In this document: piece after piece, positions 50,209 through 59,866 of the stretch
Position numbering within the stretch: the first letter of the stretch is position 1
How the letters are laid out: every line of letters starts with the position of its first letter
From: Thainema sp.
GTDB taxonomy: Bacteria > Cyanobacteriota > Cyanobacteriia > Phormidesmidales > Phormidesmidaceae
Length of the DNA stretch: 64,000 nt
NCBI GenBank assembly: GCA_052168235.1
Contig: JBQLZK010000001.1
Coordinates: 295,791-359,790, forward strand
Reading direction: 5' to 3'
The notes under the pieces: generated by a model
The model's input: the letters and a program-made list of their open reading frames with translations, nothing else
Told to the model about the DNA's origin: nothing
Databases searched by the model: none
Program-made: the position numbers and the translations under genes

Positions 50209-51549
50209 CTACAGTTGAACTTGGTCAACCGTCTCGATCTTGCCTTCGGTATTGACCTTCCAGATATCGTATGGGCCAACAACGTCGCCATACTCATCGA
50301 TATCAACGGCACCGCTCGCGCCCTGATAATCAATATCTTCGCCGTTGCGAATCAGTTCTAGAGCTTCGCAAACATCCGTTACAGGCGTACCACCGCTGGC
50401 TACCTCCCGCAGTTGAGCTGCGATCGCTTCACCATTATTTTCACCAGCCGCCTCAGCTGCCAGCATCAATAACACAGCCGCATCCCAGGTGTGAGGCACA
50501 AATGCGCCAGGAGCGGAGCCAGTTTGCTCTTCCCACAGTGCCGTGAAGTCAGACAGACCTTCGCCACCTGCACCAGGCACAGTACCGAGTGCATCAGACA
50601 AAATAAAGCCACCATCAGAGGTCTTACCAACATCTTCTGGGAAGGTTTCCGTCTGTACACCATCGGTCAGTAGAATCTGAACGCCATCGGTCAAACCCTG
50701 CTCATAGGCAGACCGCAGCAGTAGCGAACCCGTTTCAGCGTAGAGTACACCCAGCACGGCATCGGGCTTGCTGCCAAATGCTGCTGATGCTTCTGACTCA
50801 AATGTAGTCGCCTTGGGGTCATAGCGAACGGGATTGTCTTTATTGACAACGGTGCCGCCTCGTTCTTCAAAGGCTGTAACAAACGCCTGTTCAAAGCCAA
50901 CACCGTAGTCGTTGTTGATTACGGCAGTAGCGACATTGGTCAAGCCTTCGTCGATTGCCAACTGAGCCAGCGCTTCGGCCTGATAGGTATCTGGGGGAGC
51001 CGTCCGCGCCCAGTATCCCTCAAATGCACCTTCCCTGGCTTGTTCGGTAAAGACAGGGCTGGTGCTACCGGGAGACACCATTGGAACCTGATTGCGGACA
51101 GCGACATCAACAGCTGCACTGGATACGCTACTTGCAAATGAACCTACAACGGCATGAACCTGATCGGCCTCAACCAATTTGGTCATGGCGCTAGCGCCTG
51201 CCGTCGGATCGGTTTGGTCGTCTTCAATCACGAGCGTGACATCTGCGCCGTTAATACCACCACAGGCATTTACGGTATCCACAGCCAACGGAATCGCATC
51301 TAGCATCGGTTGGCCGATGGAGGACAGGTCACCCGTTGCGGGCAACAGTGCTCCCAATTTAAGACCATCACCACTGGCTGCTGCGGTTTCTTCAGTTGCT
51401 TCTGTTTCAGCACCCTCAGTTGCCGTGTCATTATCAGACGGAGCCTGACAAGCTGCCGCAAACATTCCGCCAGCTAAAGCTGCTACGGTTATTGTTGCAA
51501 TGGAGCGCAGTTTGAGAGTTCCTGCCAGATTCGAAAAAGACTTCTTCAT
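50209..51549 (-). CDS. Branched-chain/neutral amino acid ABC transporter substrate-binding lipoprotein (NatB-like)
   Basis: Lipobox AAAC, LGALLPATGDLS, VNACGGING, SPGSTSP, RTAPPD, NNDYG, IDYQGASG. Confidence 0.88.
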   Translation of the reverse strand: MKKSFSNLAGTLKLRSIATITVAALAGGMFAAACQAPSDNDTATEGAETEATEETAAASGDGLKLGALLPATGDLSSIGQPMLDAIPLAVDTVNACGGINGADVTLVIEDDQTDPTAGASAMTKLVEADQVHAVVGSFASSVSSAAVDVAVRNQVPMVSPGSTSPVFTEQAREGAFEGYWARTAPPDTYQAEALAQLAIDEGLTNVATAVINNDYGVGFEQAFVTAFEERGGTVVNKDNPVRYDPKATTFESEASAAFGSKPDAVLGVLYAETGSLLLRSAYEQGLTDGVQILLTDGVQTETFPEDVGKTSDGGFILSDALGTVPGAGGEGLSDFTALWEEQTGSAPGAFVPHTWDAAVLLMLAAEAAGENNGEAIAAQLREVASGGTPVTDVCEALELIRNGEDIDYQGASGAVDIDEYGDVVGPYDIWKVNTEGKIETVDQVQL

Positions 51550-51791
51550 GATTGGATCAAACTCCTCAATGTAGTGCCACGAAGGTTAACCTAGTTCAAT
51601 CCTCATTGAAATTGAGGCGTAACCGTGTGACTGTATTCAAACGTGCTTTGTGAAAAATTCATCCAGATTGTTCTCTGCATGACTGTAGCCTGAATCACTT
51701 AATAAAGTTGCATGTTTATGAAGGAGTTGCAACAAAAAACGATTTTTCTATCGTCATAATTTATTTCAATTTATCCCTTGTTCAACGCGTG

Positions 51792-53354
51792 ATGTTCTTT
51801 CTACTTCCGACTCTTACTTTGGCGCAGACAACTCCTGCGGTAGTGGCACCCGAACCACCCGAAGCTGTTCCAGAGGTTTATGTGCAACCTCAGCAGGTTC
51901 GACCCTTGCAGGGATCGCTAGACGATACACCTGTCTTCAACAGCAATAGCCCTGAACTGGTACAAACGCCTGGCATCTTGTTGTCTACCTTTCCACCCGA
52001 TGGCATGGCTGTTCCTGCAGCTCACTTAAACTTTCCAATAACTGGGCGCTTTGACATTTTTGCCCATCACGTTGCTAAGGCTCCAACACCAGAAGATCTG
52101 CGATCGCTCTATCTCGGTATCCTCGTTCACAATCCTGGTACTCAGCCAGTTACGCTAGATATTCTGACCGCCGCTAGCTATTTGAGTCAGCCCGATGCCC
52201 CGTTTATTGACTTGCCGAGTCAGGTAAATAATCCAGATGGTTCCGTCTATGCCGGCCCCGGTAGCCGCGTCATGAGCGATATCCTCAGAGGTCGCCGTCA
52301 GTCAGATTTTCCGGCCCAAATTATCATCCCTCCCGGTGAAAGCCGCATGGTGCTTAATGCACCAATTCCAGTGCGGGAGTTAGACCCACCATTGAACGGT
52401 CGCTCAACCTTGTTACAGGTTCGCAGTAGTGCTCCTGTCTATGTCGCAAGTTTGGCTCAGTACGCACCACCCGCTGCCACAGATTCAGCAGATTCAACAG
52501 ATTTCATAGACGAATCCCAAGGTAATGCCCAAACTTTTCCTATTGAAAATGAAGCGACTAAAGACAGTCGATATTGGCCAAATGAGGAAGATGATGACGA
52601 AGGTGATGAACCCGAGCGCGATTCTAATAATCCTGATATAGATGCCGATGAAGATCCAGAGGCATTGGAGGAACGAGCACCGACCTTAGCGGAGTGGGAA
52701 GCGTTACTTACTCAATCTGGATTGGCTAGTCCCCGCGATCGCACTCCCACTCCACCCAATCAACAGGGACAGATTATCTACGGTCGGGTTGCAGGTGTCG
52801 CGCAGGGTGCGCAATGGAATGCTTTCCTAGCAGACTTACCCAGCGGCAGAAGTTTGAGAATCCCAAATCCCGGTGAGTCCTATTCTTACGGCATCAGCCT
52901 GCTGCGAGGTGGCGAACTCGGCACCAACCAAAACCAGAGCGCTCCCATGCTGGTGCGATATGCCGACACGGCTTATGAGCATCACGGCAACTACGGCGTA
53001 GAGTACAGCCTCACCCTGCCGCTACATAATCCAACCGCTCAAACTCAAACGGTTGAGATTCTCTGGCAAACGCCGCTGAAGGAGTCTGAGCTATCAACCG
53101 CAGGCTTACAGTTTTACGAGGAACCGCCCACACAAACCTTCTTTCGCGGCACCGTTGGCGTTCGCTACATCGATGCTCAAGGCAATCCTCAAACCCACTA
53201 CACGCACCTCGTTCAGCAGCGGGGTGAATCCAGAGCAAGACTGCTCAAGCTCAAGCTACAGCCAGAAACGTCCACCACTGTTCAAGTCAATTTGCTCTAT
53301 CCACCCGATGCAACTCCGCCTCAGGTGCTCACCCTTTCCACTCGTCAGCAGTAG
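51792..53354 (+). CDS. DUF3370 domain protein
   Basis: VRPLQGSLD..VFNSNSPE..GILLSTFP, FDIFAHH, YGRVAGV, HGNYGVEY, YPPDATPPQVLT. Confidence 0.87.
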   Translation: MFFLLPTLTLAQTTPAVVAPEPPEAVPEVYVQPQQVRPLQGSLDDTPVFNSNSPELVQTPGILLSTFPPDGMAVPAAHLNFPITGRFDIFAHHVAKAPTPEDLRSLYLGILVHNPGTQPVTLDILTAASYLSQPDAPFIDLPSQVNNPDGSVYAGPGSRVMSDILRGRRQSDFPAQIIIPPGESRMVLNAPIPVRELDPPLNGRSTLLQVRSSAPVYVASLAQYAPPAATDSADSTDFIDESQGNAQTFPIENEATKDSRYWPNEEDDDEGDEPERDSNNPDIDADEDPEALEERAPTLAEWEALLTQSGLASPRDRTPTPPNQQGQIIYGRVAGVAQGAQWNAFLADLPSGRSLRIPNPGESYSYGISLLRGGELGTNQNQSAPMLVRYADTAYEHHGNYGVEYSLTLPLHNPTAQTQTVEILWQTPLKESELSTAGLQFYEEPPTQTFFRGTVGVRYIDAQGNPQTHYTHLVQQRGESRARLLKLKLQPETSTTVQVNLLYPPDATPPQVLTLSTRQQ

Positions 53355-53634
53355 TCCAGCCAGCTCTATTTCGTTGGTTTTCATGGTTGATGTGGCGCTG
53401 AGCGCCGCACATCAACCATGAAATCGGTTAGATTCAGTGGTTTTGTAACTCGCGGTGTTTTACGTCGGCATGGCAACGCCATGCTTTTGTCTCAATACTT
53501 TATTTTTGGGATTGCCGATTGTAAGTATGAATTGAGATGTGGGGGCAGTGCCCCCACATCTCATATCCAGATTAAGCAATACTTCATTTTGTCAGTCGTT
53601 CCTGACAATGAATTGATCAATCCAAATGCAAACT

Positions 53635-53648
53635 GTAAGATTAGATAC
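53635..53648 (+). promoter_or_regulatory. NtcA binding site overlapping a putative -10 element
   Basis: tGTA-AGATTAGA-TACa (GTA-N8-TAC) containing TAAGAT, about 10 nt before the riboswitch. Confidence 0.65.
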
Positions 53649-53658
53649 AGAAAAACAA

Positions 53659-53715
53659 ACCGTTCATTTCTCAAGCTGAGAAACGGAAGTAGGGAATTTC
53701 CCGAAGGAACGCGCC
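53659..53715 (+). ncRNA. Glutamine riboswitch (glnA RNA motif, type I)
   Basis: CGTTCA, stem TTTCTCA/TGAGAAA, CGGAAGTA, stem GGGAA/TTCCC, GAAGGAACGCGCC; matches the glnA motif architecture and lies upstream of a DUF4278 gene. Confidence 0.9.
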
Positions 53716-53747
53716 CCAAACATCGATTCATACATTTGGAGGCGAAT

Positions 53748-53942
53748 ATGCAACTGACCTATCGTGGCGTAACATACAACTACAACCCACCTCATATCGA
53801 CATCAGTGATTTGGAAACGGTAGGAACCTATCGTGGTCGTCCTGTTCATTTCCATCACTCCATTCGGTTACCCAACTTTAAACGCACGATTGAGTTGATC
53901 TATCGCGGCGCACATTTCCGCGCTGGTCTACCCACAGCATAG
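53748..53942 (+). CDS. DUF4278 small protein (64 aa)
   Basis: RBS GGAGG; MQLTYRGVTY..GTYRGRP..LIYRGAHF with three YRG motifs. Confidence 0.88.
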   Translation: MQLTYRGVTYNYNPPHIDISDLETVGTYRGRPVHFHHSIRLPNFKRTIELIYRGAHFRAGLPTA

Positions 53943-54423
53943 AATGCAACAGCATCTCCAATGTGCGATCGCACGATTTATCATGTAGCCGCCTGTCACA
54001 CAGCCATCTGCATAAAACCAGTGCGTTGGTAACAGGCAGAACACAGTCCAAACAGCATGACTATGGTCAAGCACAACATAGAGCACTCTTGTTCAACAGG
54101 AGTGCTTTTTCATTGCTCCAGATCGCTAAGACTGCAAATGTTTGTTTCGGAAACAAAAGGGGCATGATCAACAATGAGGCTGGTGAAGCTCGATTCAGAC
54201 TGAACTTCACTGAGTTTTTAGCGGACAAATGGTTACTTGACCCCCCAAGTCTCGCTCCTCGATCGACTCTTATCCAGTCCACCCCACCGGGTGAACAATT
54301 TGAGTCCAAGTAGTTCAGCTTACGTTGACCTCAATCAAAAATTTTGGCAGCGCCCAGTTTTTGAGCTGGAGATAACTGATGCTGACCTACTTCTGCAGTC
54401 ATACATAACCAAGGACACTGAGG

Positions 54424-55506
54424 ATGACACAGGCAAAATGCGCCCTTATCACGGGTATTACAGGGCAAGACGGCTCCTATCTAGCTGAATTGCTGTTGCA
54501 GAAAGGATATGAGGTGCATGGCATTATCCGCCGAACATCAACATTTAATACCGATCGCCTAGATCATATTTACGTTGACCCCCATAACGAAAACGCTCGT
54601 CTGTTCTTGCACTATGGTGATTTAACCGACGGTACAACGCTGCGGCGAATTTTAGAAGAAGTTAAACCAGTCGAAATCTATAACTTAGGAGCGCAGTCCC
54701 ATGTGCGGGTCAGCTTTGACTCACCGGAATACACCGTCGATACGGTTGGCATGGGATCGCTGCGTTTACTAGAAGCCATTCGCGACTACCAGCACCGCAC
54801 AGGCATCGAAGTGCGCTTCTATCAGGCGGGATCGTCTGAAATGTTCGGCAAAGTTCAGGATGTTCCTCAGAAAGAAACCACGCCGTTTTATCCTCGCAGT
54901 CCCTACGCCTGCGCTAAGGTGTATGCCCACTGGCAAACCGTCAACTATCGTGAGTCTTACAACCTATTTGCCTGCAACGGCATTTTGTTCAACCATGAGT
55001 CTCCCCGCCGTGGTGAAACCTTTGTCACCCGCAAAATCACCCGTGCAGTGGCGCGAATTGCGGCTGGCCAGCAGAAAAAGCTCTACATGGGCAACCTAGA
55101 CGCCAAACGAGACTGGGGATATGCCAAAGATTACGTTCGGGCTATGTGGCTGATGCTGCAACAGGATGTGGCGGATGACTATGTGGTAGCTACAGGTGAA
55201 ACCCATTCTGTCCGAGAGTTTTTAGAGGCCGCCTTTGGCTATGTCAACCTGAACTGGGAGCAGTACGTAGAGTTCGATGAGCGTTATCTACGTCCAGCAG
55301 AAGTTGATTTGCTGATCGGCGACCCAGCTAAGGCCAAAACACAGCTCGGTTGGGAACCTAGCGTCACCTTTGAAGGGCTGGTGAAGCTAATGGTTGAAGC
55401 CGATCTCCATGCTCTTGGTTTTGGGAACTCTGGTCAGGGCGAAGATTCCGTTAATCCCTTAGATATGGCAACCATCCGTCAAAGTCTGGGTTCTTTAATT
55501 TCCTAA
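54424..55506 (+). CDS. gmd: GDP-mannose 4,6-dehydratase
   Basis: [51 protein letters not shown]. Confidence 0.97.
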   Translation: MTQAKCALITGITGQDGSYLAELLLQKGYEVHGIIRRTSTFNTDRLDHIYVDPHNENARLFLHYGDLTDGTTLRRILEEVKPVEIYNLGAQSHVRVSFDSPEYTVDTVGMGSLRLLEAIRDYQHRTGIEVRFYQAGSSEMFGKVQDVPQKETTPFYPRSPYACAKVYAHWQTVNYRESYNLFACNGILFNHESPRRGETFVTRKITRAVARIAAGQQKKLYMGNLDAKRDWGYAKDYVRAMWLMLQQDVADDYVVATGETHSVREFLEAAFGYVNLNWEQYVEFDERYLRPAEVDLLIGDPAKAKTQLGWEPSVTFEGLVKLMVEADLHALGFGNSGQGEDSVNPLDMATIRQSLGSLIS

Positions 55507-55579
55507 TTGCGGCTAAATGAACCCTCTCTAACATGCAAAACAACCGCTGAAAACGTTCTAAAAAGACAGGTGGATAGTC

Positions 55580-56533
55580 ATGACCATCTTGCCCCTAGCT
55601 GGTAAACGCATTCTGGTCACTGGCGGTGCAGGTTTCTTAGGTCAACAAGTTGTTGACCAGCTTTGCCAAGCCGGTGCGGAATTAGAGAAGATTACCATTC
55701 CGCGATCGCACAATACCGATCTGCGATCGCTGGAAAGCTGCCAACGAGCTGTTGATCAACAAGACATTGTGGTTCACCTTGCTGCCCATGTTGGCGGCAT
55801 CGGCCTCAACCGCGAAAAACCAGCCGAACTGTTCTACGACAATCTGATGATGGGTGCTCAGCTCATCCACGCGGCCTACGAAGCAGGGGTCGAAAAATTT
55901 GTTTGTGTCGGCACCATTTGCGCCTACCCCAAATTTACTCCTGTCCCCTTCAAAGAGGACGACCTGTGGAACGGCTATCCTGAGGAAACCAACGCGCCCT
56001 ACGGTATTGCCAAAAAGGCGCTCTTGGTTCAACTGGAGGCCTATCGCCAGCAGTATGGGTTCAACGGCATCTACCTATTACCTGTAAACCTGTATGGCCT
56101 CAACGATAACTTTGATCCCGGCAGCTCCCACGTTATTCCAGCATTGATCCATAAGGTTCATCAAGCCCAACTGAGAGGTGAGCAGCAGATCCCCGTTTGG
56201 GGCGACGGCAGCCCGACTCGCGAGTTTTTATATTCCGAAGATGCGGCTCGTGGAATCGTCATGGCTACCCAAACATACAGTGCTGCTGATCCGGTTAATC
56301 TGGGCACAGGTGAAGAAATTTCGATTCGCGATCTTGCTAACTTGATTTGTGAACTGATGGATTTCAACGGGGAACTCGTCTGGCAAACGGACAAGCCCAA
56401 TGGCCAACCCCGGCGCTGTTTAGATACCGAACGCGCCAAGCAGGCATTTGGGTTTACCGCTCAGGTTGATTTCCGAGAAGGGCTAAGACGCACAATTGAC
56501 TGGTATCGTCAGCACGACCAGGCGGCTAAATGA
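55580..56533 (+). CDS. fcl: GDP-L-fucose synthase
   Basis: [51 protein letters not shown]. Confidence 0.95.
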   Translation: MTILPLAGKRILVTGGAGFLGQQVVDQLCQAGAELEKITIPRSHNTDLRSLESCQRAVDQQDIVVHLAAHVGGIGLNREKPAELFYDNLMMGAQLIHAAYEAGVEKFVCVGTICAYPKFTPVPFKEDDLWNGYPEETNAPYGIAKKALLVQLEAYRQQYGFNGIYLLPVNLYGLNDNFDPGSSHVIPALIHKVHQAQLRGEQQIPVWGDGSPTREFLYSEDAARGIVMATQTYSAADPVNLGTGEEISIRDLANLICELMDFNGELVWQTDKPNGQPRRCLDTERAKQAFGFTAQVDFREGLRRTIDWYRQHDQAAK

Positions 56534-56859
56534 TGTTTCTCATAATTTCTTCGGGCTTAAAACTAGTCAGATCGGCTACAACAGAGATATAGGCAAAGTT
56601 GACCTAGTAAAACCCCGACTTCGAAACTAACTGGTATCAATTGTTAACAAGTGTTTTCTACCAGCAAGTCGGCTTAGTTTCGGTATTGGTCATCAAATAC
56701 TTACATTTACTCACATTAGCGGGTCACATTGACTGGTACTAGATTACAGCTAGGCTTTACCTAACTCAGTTCTATAACGCTCTCATCGGCTTAGCTAGCA
56801 ATTGTATTAGCTAGTGGCGATGAATATGCCCCTAATTTCACTGTATGAGGTAAGGCTCG

Positions 56860-57189
56860 GTGTTACCTGAAATTGTTGATGAGGCCAAAATTCATTCGTT
56901 CAAATTTTGGTTTAGCGATCGCATCCAAGAAGGAATGAATTACCGGGGAGAATTATTCTGTCGGCTCTACACAGCCGATGTCTCTGAACGAGCGAAAGTC
57001 TTTCAAACGGCCTGTCGTCTCGGTCAGCGTGGAGCGTCGCTGGTTCTCACTCTATCGGATAAACAGTGCAGCCTATGGGGAAATCTGCGCAGCTCAAGCG
57101 TTGCAGCTCTAGCTTTAGACAACCTCACCGCCTCATCGGAACTCGATCTAGCCTCCTGGGTAGATGCTGTCTCAACAGAAGACACATAA
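56860..57189 (+). CDS. Conserved cyanobacterial hypothetical protein
   Basis: MLPEIVDE..FKFW..IQEGM.YRGELF..CSLW..LRS; GTG start preceded by GAGG. Confidence 0.7.
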   Translation: MLPEIVDEAKIHSFKFWFSDRIQEGMNYRGELFCRLYTADVSERAKVFQTACRLGQRGASLVLTLSDKQCSLWGNLRSSSVAALALDNLTASSELDLASWVDAVSTEDT

Positions 57190-57797
57190 ATCAAATTGAA
57201 AGACCCTGGCAATTTCAATTAGAAATTGTGATTTACGTCTGAAATTTTCTAGATTTAGACTTAGTAAATGAGCTAGATAGCGTAGCCCCTTCCGCAATTC
57301 ACTCGATTTCTGGGCGTTTGATGGGTGGGTGATCTAAGCTAGAGTGGCATCAGTATATTTTCCAGAATCAACACTGAGTCAATTTCGAGATCGCTGAGTG
57401 GTAGTGGTGACCATAGTGTGCTCTCGGTTAAGATCGTCTCTGTCAGAAGGGAAACTCTATCATTTCACTGGTGAATACTTCAGCAGTGTGAATACTGAGT
57501 TAAGCAAACTTCTGACTTAAGACATGCAACTTTTGTCAGAGAGGCTACAATCGGAAAGACCCCGTCAATTTCAGTGGGAATCCAAAATTATTTACTGCTC
57601 AGAATATAGGAATGTATTGCCAAGCAGCTAATAGGGATAGACCACTCTGACAACTGACCCAAGCAAATTTTGTTTGGATTCGATCACGCAAAAATTTAGG
57701 CAGCATTAGCTTAATTTCGAGCTTGAATTGTTGCCAACATGACTATTCCAGTTACAGCTGGATCCCGTAATGACTGAAGGAGCATGAGGAACGCGGC

Positions 57798-58907
57798 ATG
57801 ACCCAGGCCAAAGAAGTACTCGAAACCATCGCAAAACCTCAAAACGAACTTGAAGTTTTATTAGATGATGGTAGCGATAGTGGCGAACAGCCTCAAGTTG
57901 AGGATGGTAAGGGTTCGAAAGGACGTGCAACTCGACGTCGGACTCAAACAAAAAAGAAGCACTACACTGAAGATTCAATTCGTCTTTATCTGCAAGAGAT
58001 TGGTCGAATTCGGCTTCTCAGAGCTGACGAAGAGATTGAACTCGCACGCAAAATCGCAGATTTGCTTGAGCTGGAACGTATTCGAGAACAGCTCATGGAA
58101 GATTTGGATCGAGAACCAAATGACGCAGAGTGGGCTGAAGCTGTTGACATGCCGCTCCATGATTTCCGCCGTCGCCTCTACATTGGGCGTCGGGCTAAGG
58201 ATAAGATGGTGCAGTCTAACCTCCGGCTAGTTGTTTCGATCGCGAAAAAGTACATGAATCGCGGCCTGTCTTTCCAAGATTTGATTCAGGAAGGCAGTCT
58301 AGGTTTGATTCGGGCGGCTGAAAAGTTCGACCACGAAAAGGGCTATAAGTTCTCAACCTACGCAACCTGGTGGATTCGTCAGGCAATTACCCGTGCGATC
58401 GCAGACCAGTCTCGTACGATTCGTCTGCCGGTTCACCTGTACGAAACGATTTCTCGGATTAAGAAAACCACCAAGCTGCTTTCTCAGGAATTGGGCCGCA
58501 AGCCGACTGAGGAAGAAATCGCTGACCGGATGGAGATGACCATTGAGAAGCTGCGGTTTATTGCAAAGTCAGCTCAACTGCCAATCTCGCTGGAAACCCC
58601 CATCGGTAAAGAAGAAGATTCTCGTCTGGGTGACTTCATTGAATCCGATGGTGAAACACCTGAGGATCAAGTCTCCAAGAGCCTGTTGCGGGAAGATTTG
58701 GAAGGGGTTCTGGGTACCCTCAGCCCGCGTGAGCGCGATGTATTGCGTTTGCGCTACGGTTTGGACGATGGCCGCATGAAGACACTGGAAGAAATCGGCC
58801 AGATCTTCAACGTGACCCGTGAGCGAATTCGCCAAATTGAAGCTAAGGCACTGCGGAAACTGCGTCATCCGAATCGCAACAGCGTGCTGAAAGAATACAT
58901 TCGCTAA
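57798..58907 (+). CDS. sigA: Principal RNA polymerase sigma factor SigA/RpoD
   Basis: [75 protein letters not shown]. Confidence 0.97.
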   Translation: MTQAKEVLETIAKPQNELEVLLDDGSDSGEQPQVEDGKGSKGRATRRRTQTKKKHYTEDSIRLYLQEIGRIRLLRADEEIELARKIADLLELERIREQLMEDLDREPNDAEWAEAVDMPLHDFRRRLYIGRRAKDKMVQSNLRLVVSIAKKYMNRGLSFQDLIQEGSLGLIRAAEKFDHEKGYKFSTYATWWIRQAITRAIADQSRTIRLPVHLYETISRIKKTTKLLSQELGRKPTEEEIADRMEMTIEKLRFIAKSAQLPISLETPIGKEEDSRLGDFIESDGETPEDQVSKSLLREDLEGVLGTLSPRERDVLRLRYGLDDGRMKTLEEIGQIFNVTRERIRQIEAKALRKLRHPNRNSVLKEYIR

Positions 58908-58947
58908 CAGCTACAGGTAACTACACAATCAGTTACACAATTTCCAG

Positions 58948-58982
58948 AAGGGTTTGGCTCCGGTCAAGCCCTTTTGTTTTTG
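58948..58982 (+). terminator. Intrinsic terminator of sigA
   Basis: AAGGGTTTGGC..GTCAAGCCCTT followed by TTGTTTTT. Confidence 0.7.
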
Positions 58983-58994
58983 ATAATTCTTTAA

Positions 58995-59095
58995 TACAGC
59001 GCTATGCGTTCAAGTAAAACTGATACTTTTAGGAAAGCCACGCGGAGCGCAGCTTTCCTAAAAATGTAAGTCCTAACCTGCGGGCGTAGTGCCAC
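58995..59095. repeat. MITE-like palindromic repeat, family A-related copy 4
   Basis: TACAGCGCTATGCG..hairpin TTTTAGGAAAGC/GCTTTCCTAAAA..GTCCTAAC; reverse-complement relative of 35819-35920. Confidence 0.65.
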
Positions 59096-59104
59096 GCTAG
59101 ACGT

Positions 59105-59491
59105 ATGAACCTACAGCAAATCCATCACGTTGCCATCATTTGCTCCGACTATGCCACGTCCAAACGCTTTTACACCGAAATTTTAGGAATGCCGATTATT
59201 CGCGAAACCTATCGCCAAGACCGCGATTCATACAAACTCGATCTCAAAGTCGGCGATCAGGCTCAGATTGAACTCTTCTCATTTCCACAGCCACCAGAGC
59301 GACCATCCCGACCCGAAGCCTGTGGACTGCGCCATTTATCCTTTGCAGTGGAAAAGCTAGAAGCTGCGATCGCAGAATTAGAAGCGCATGGCGTTGCGGT
59401 TGAACCGATGCGGCTGGATGAGCTAACCAATAAGCGCTTTACGTTCTTTAAAGATCCGGATGATTTGCCGCTAGAACTTTATGAGCAGTAA
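59105..59491 (+). CDS. VOC/glyoxalase family protein (YaeR-like)
   Basis: IHHVAIICSDY..SKRFY, SYKLDL, IELFSFP, PEACGLRHL, FFKDPDDLPLELYE. Confidence 0.92.
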   Translation: MNLQQIHHVAIICSDYATSKRFYTEILGMPIIRETYRQDRDSYKLDLKVGDQAQIELFSFPQPPERPSRPEACGLRHLSFAVEKLEAAIAELEAHGVAVEPMRLDELTNKRFTFFKDPDDLPLELYEQ

Positions 59492-59504
59492 TGTTTCAGT
59501 TTCC

Positions 59505-59816
59505 TTAACTAGGACGGGGAAATCGGCGCACCTGATACTCCTGCGATTCCACCATGTCGTAATCAAAACCAAGGGCTTGATCAAACTCCTGGCCAACTTG
59601 TTTAAGGTCTTTTGCTGAAATTGACTTCCACTCTTCTCGACTATGCCAGCGGATCATCATCACGACTTCCTGTGGCCGATCCGGCTGAATCCAGACCTCT
59701 TTCGTCAGGAAACCAGGGCACTGTTCAAGAAAAGGCGTCCAGATTTCTAGATCGCACTGAATAAACCGCTCTCGCTTGTCTTCAGGAACTCGAAACTTTA
59801 ACCACTCAATAACCAT
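59505..59816 (-). CDS. Cyanobacterial ABM-like protein (TIGR03792-type)
   Basis: MVIEWLKFRV..FIQCD.EIWT..GFLTKEVW..IRW.SREEWK. Confidence 0.82.
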   Translation of the reverse strand: MVIEWLKFRVPEDKRERFIQCDLEIWTPFLEQCPGFLTKEVWIQPDRPQEVVMMIRWHSREEWKSISAKDLKQVGQEFDQALGFDYDMVESQEYQVRRFPRPS

Positions 59817-59866
59817 TCAAAAATCAACTTCTCTACTGGGCAACTCTCTATCTAGGCTAATGGCGT

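Noticed and set aside
53418..53747. N-terminal 110 codons of the 174-aa ORF
   Set aside because: They read through palindromic repeats, the promoter and the riboswitch; the RBS-supported start is 53748.
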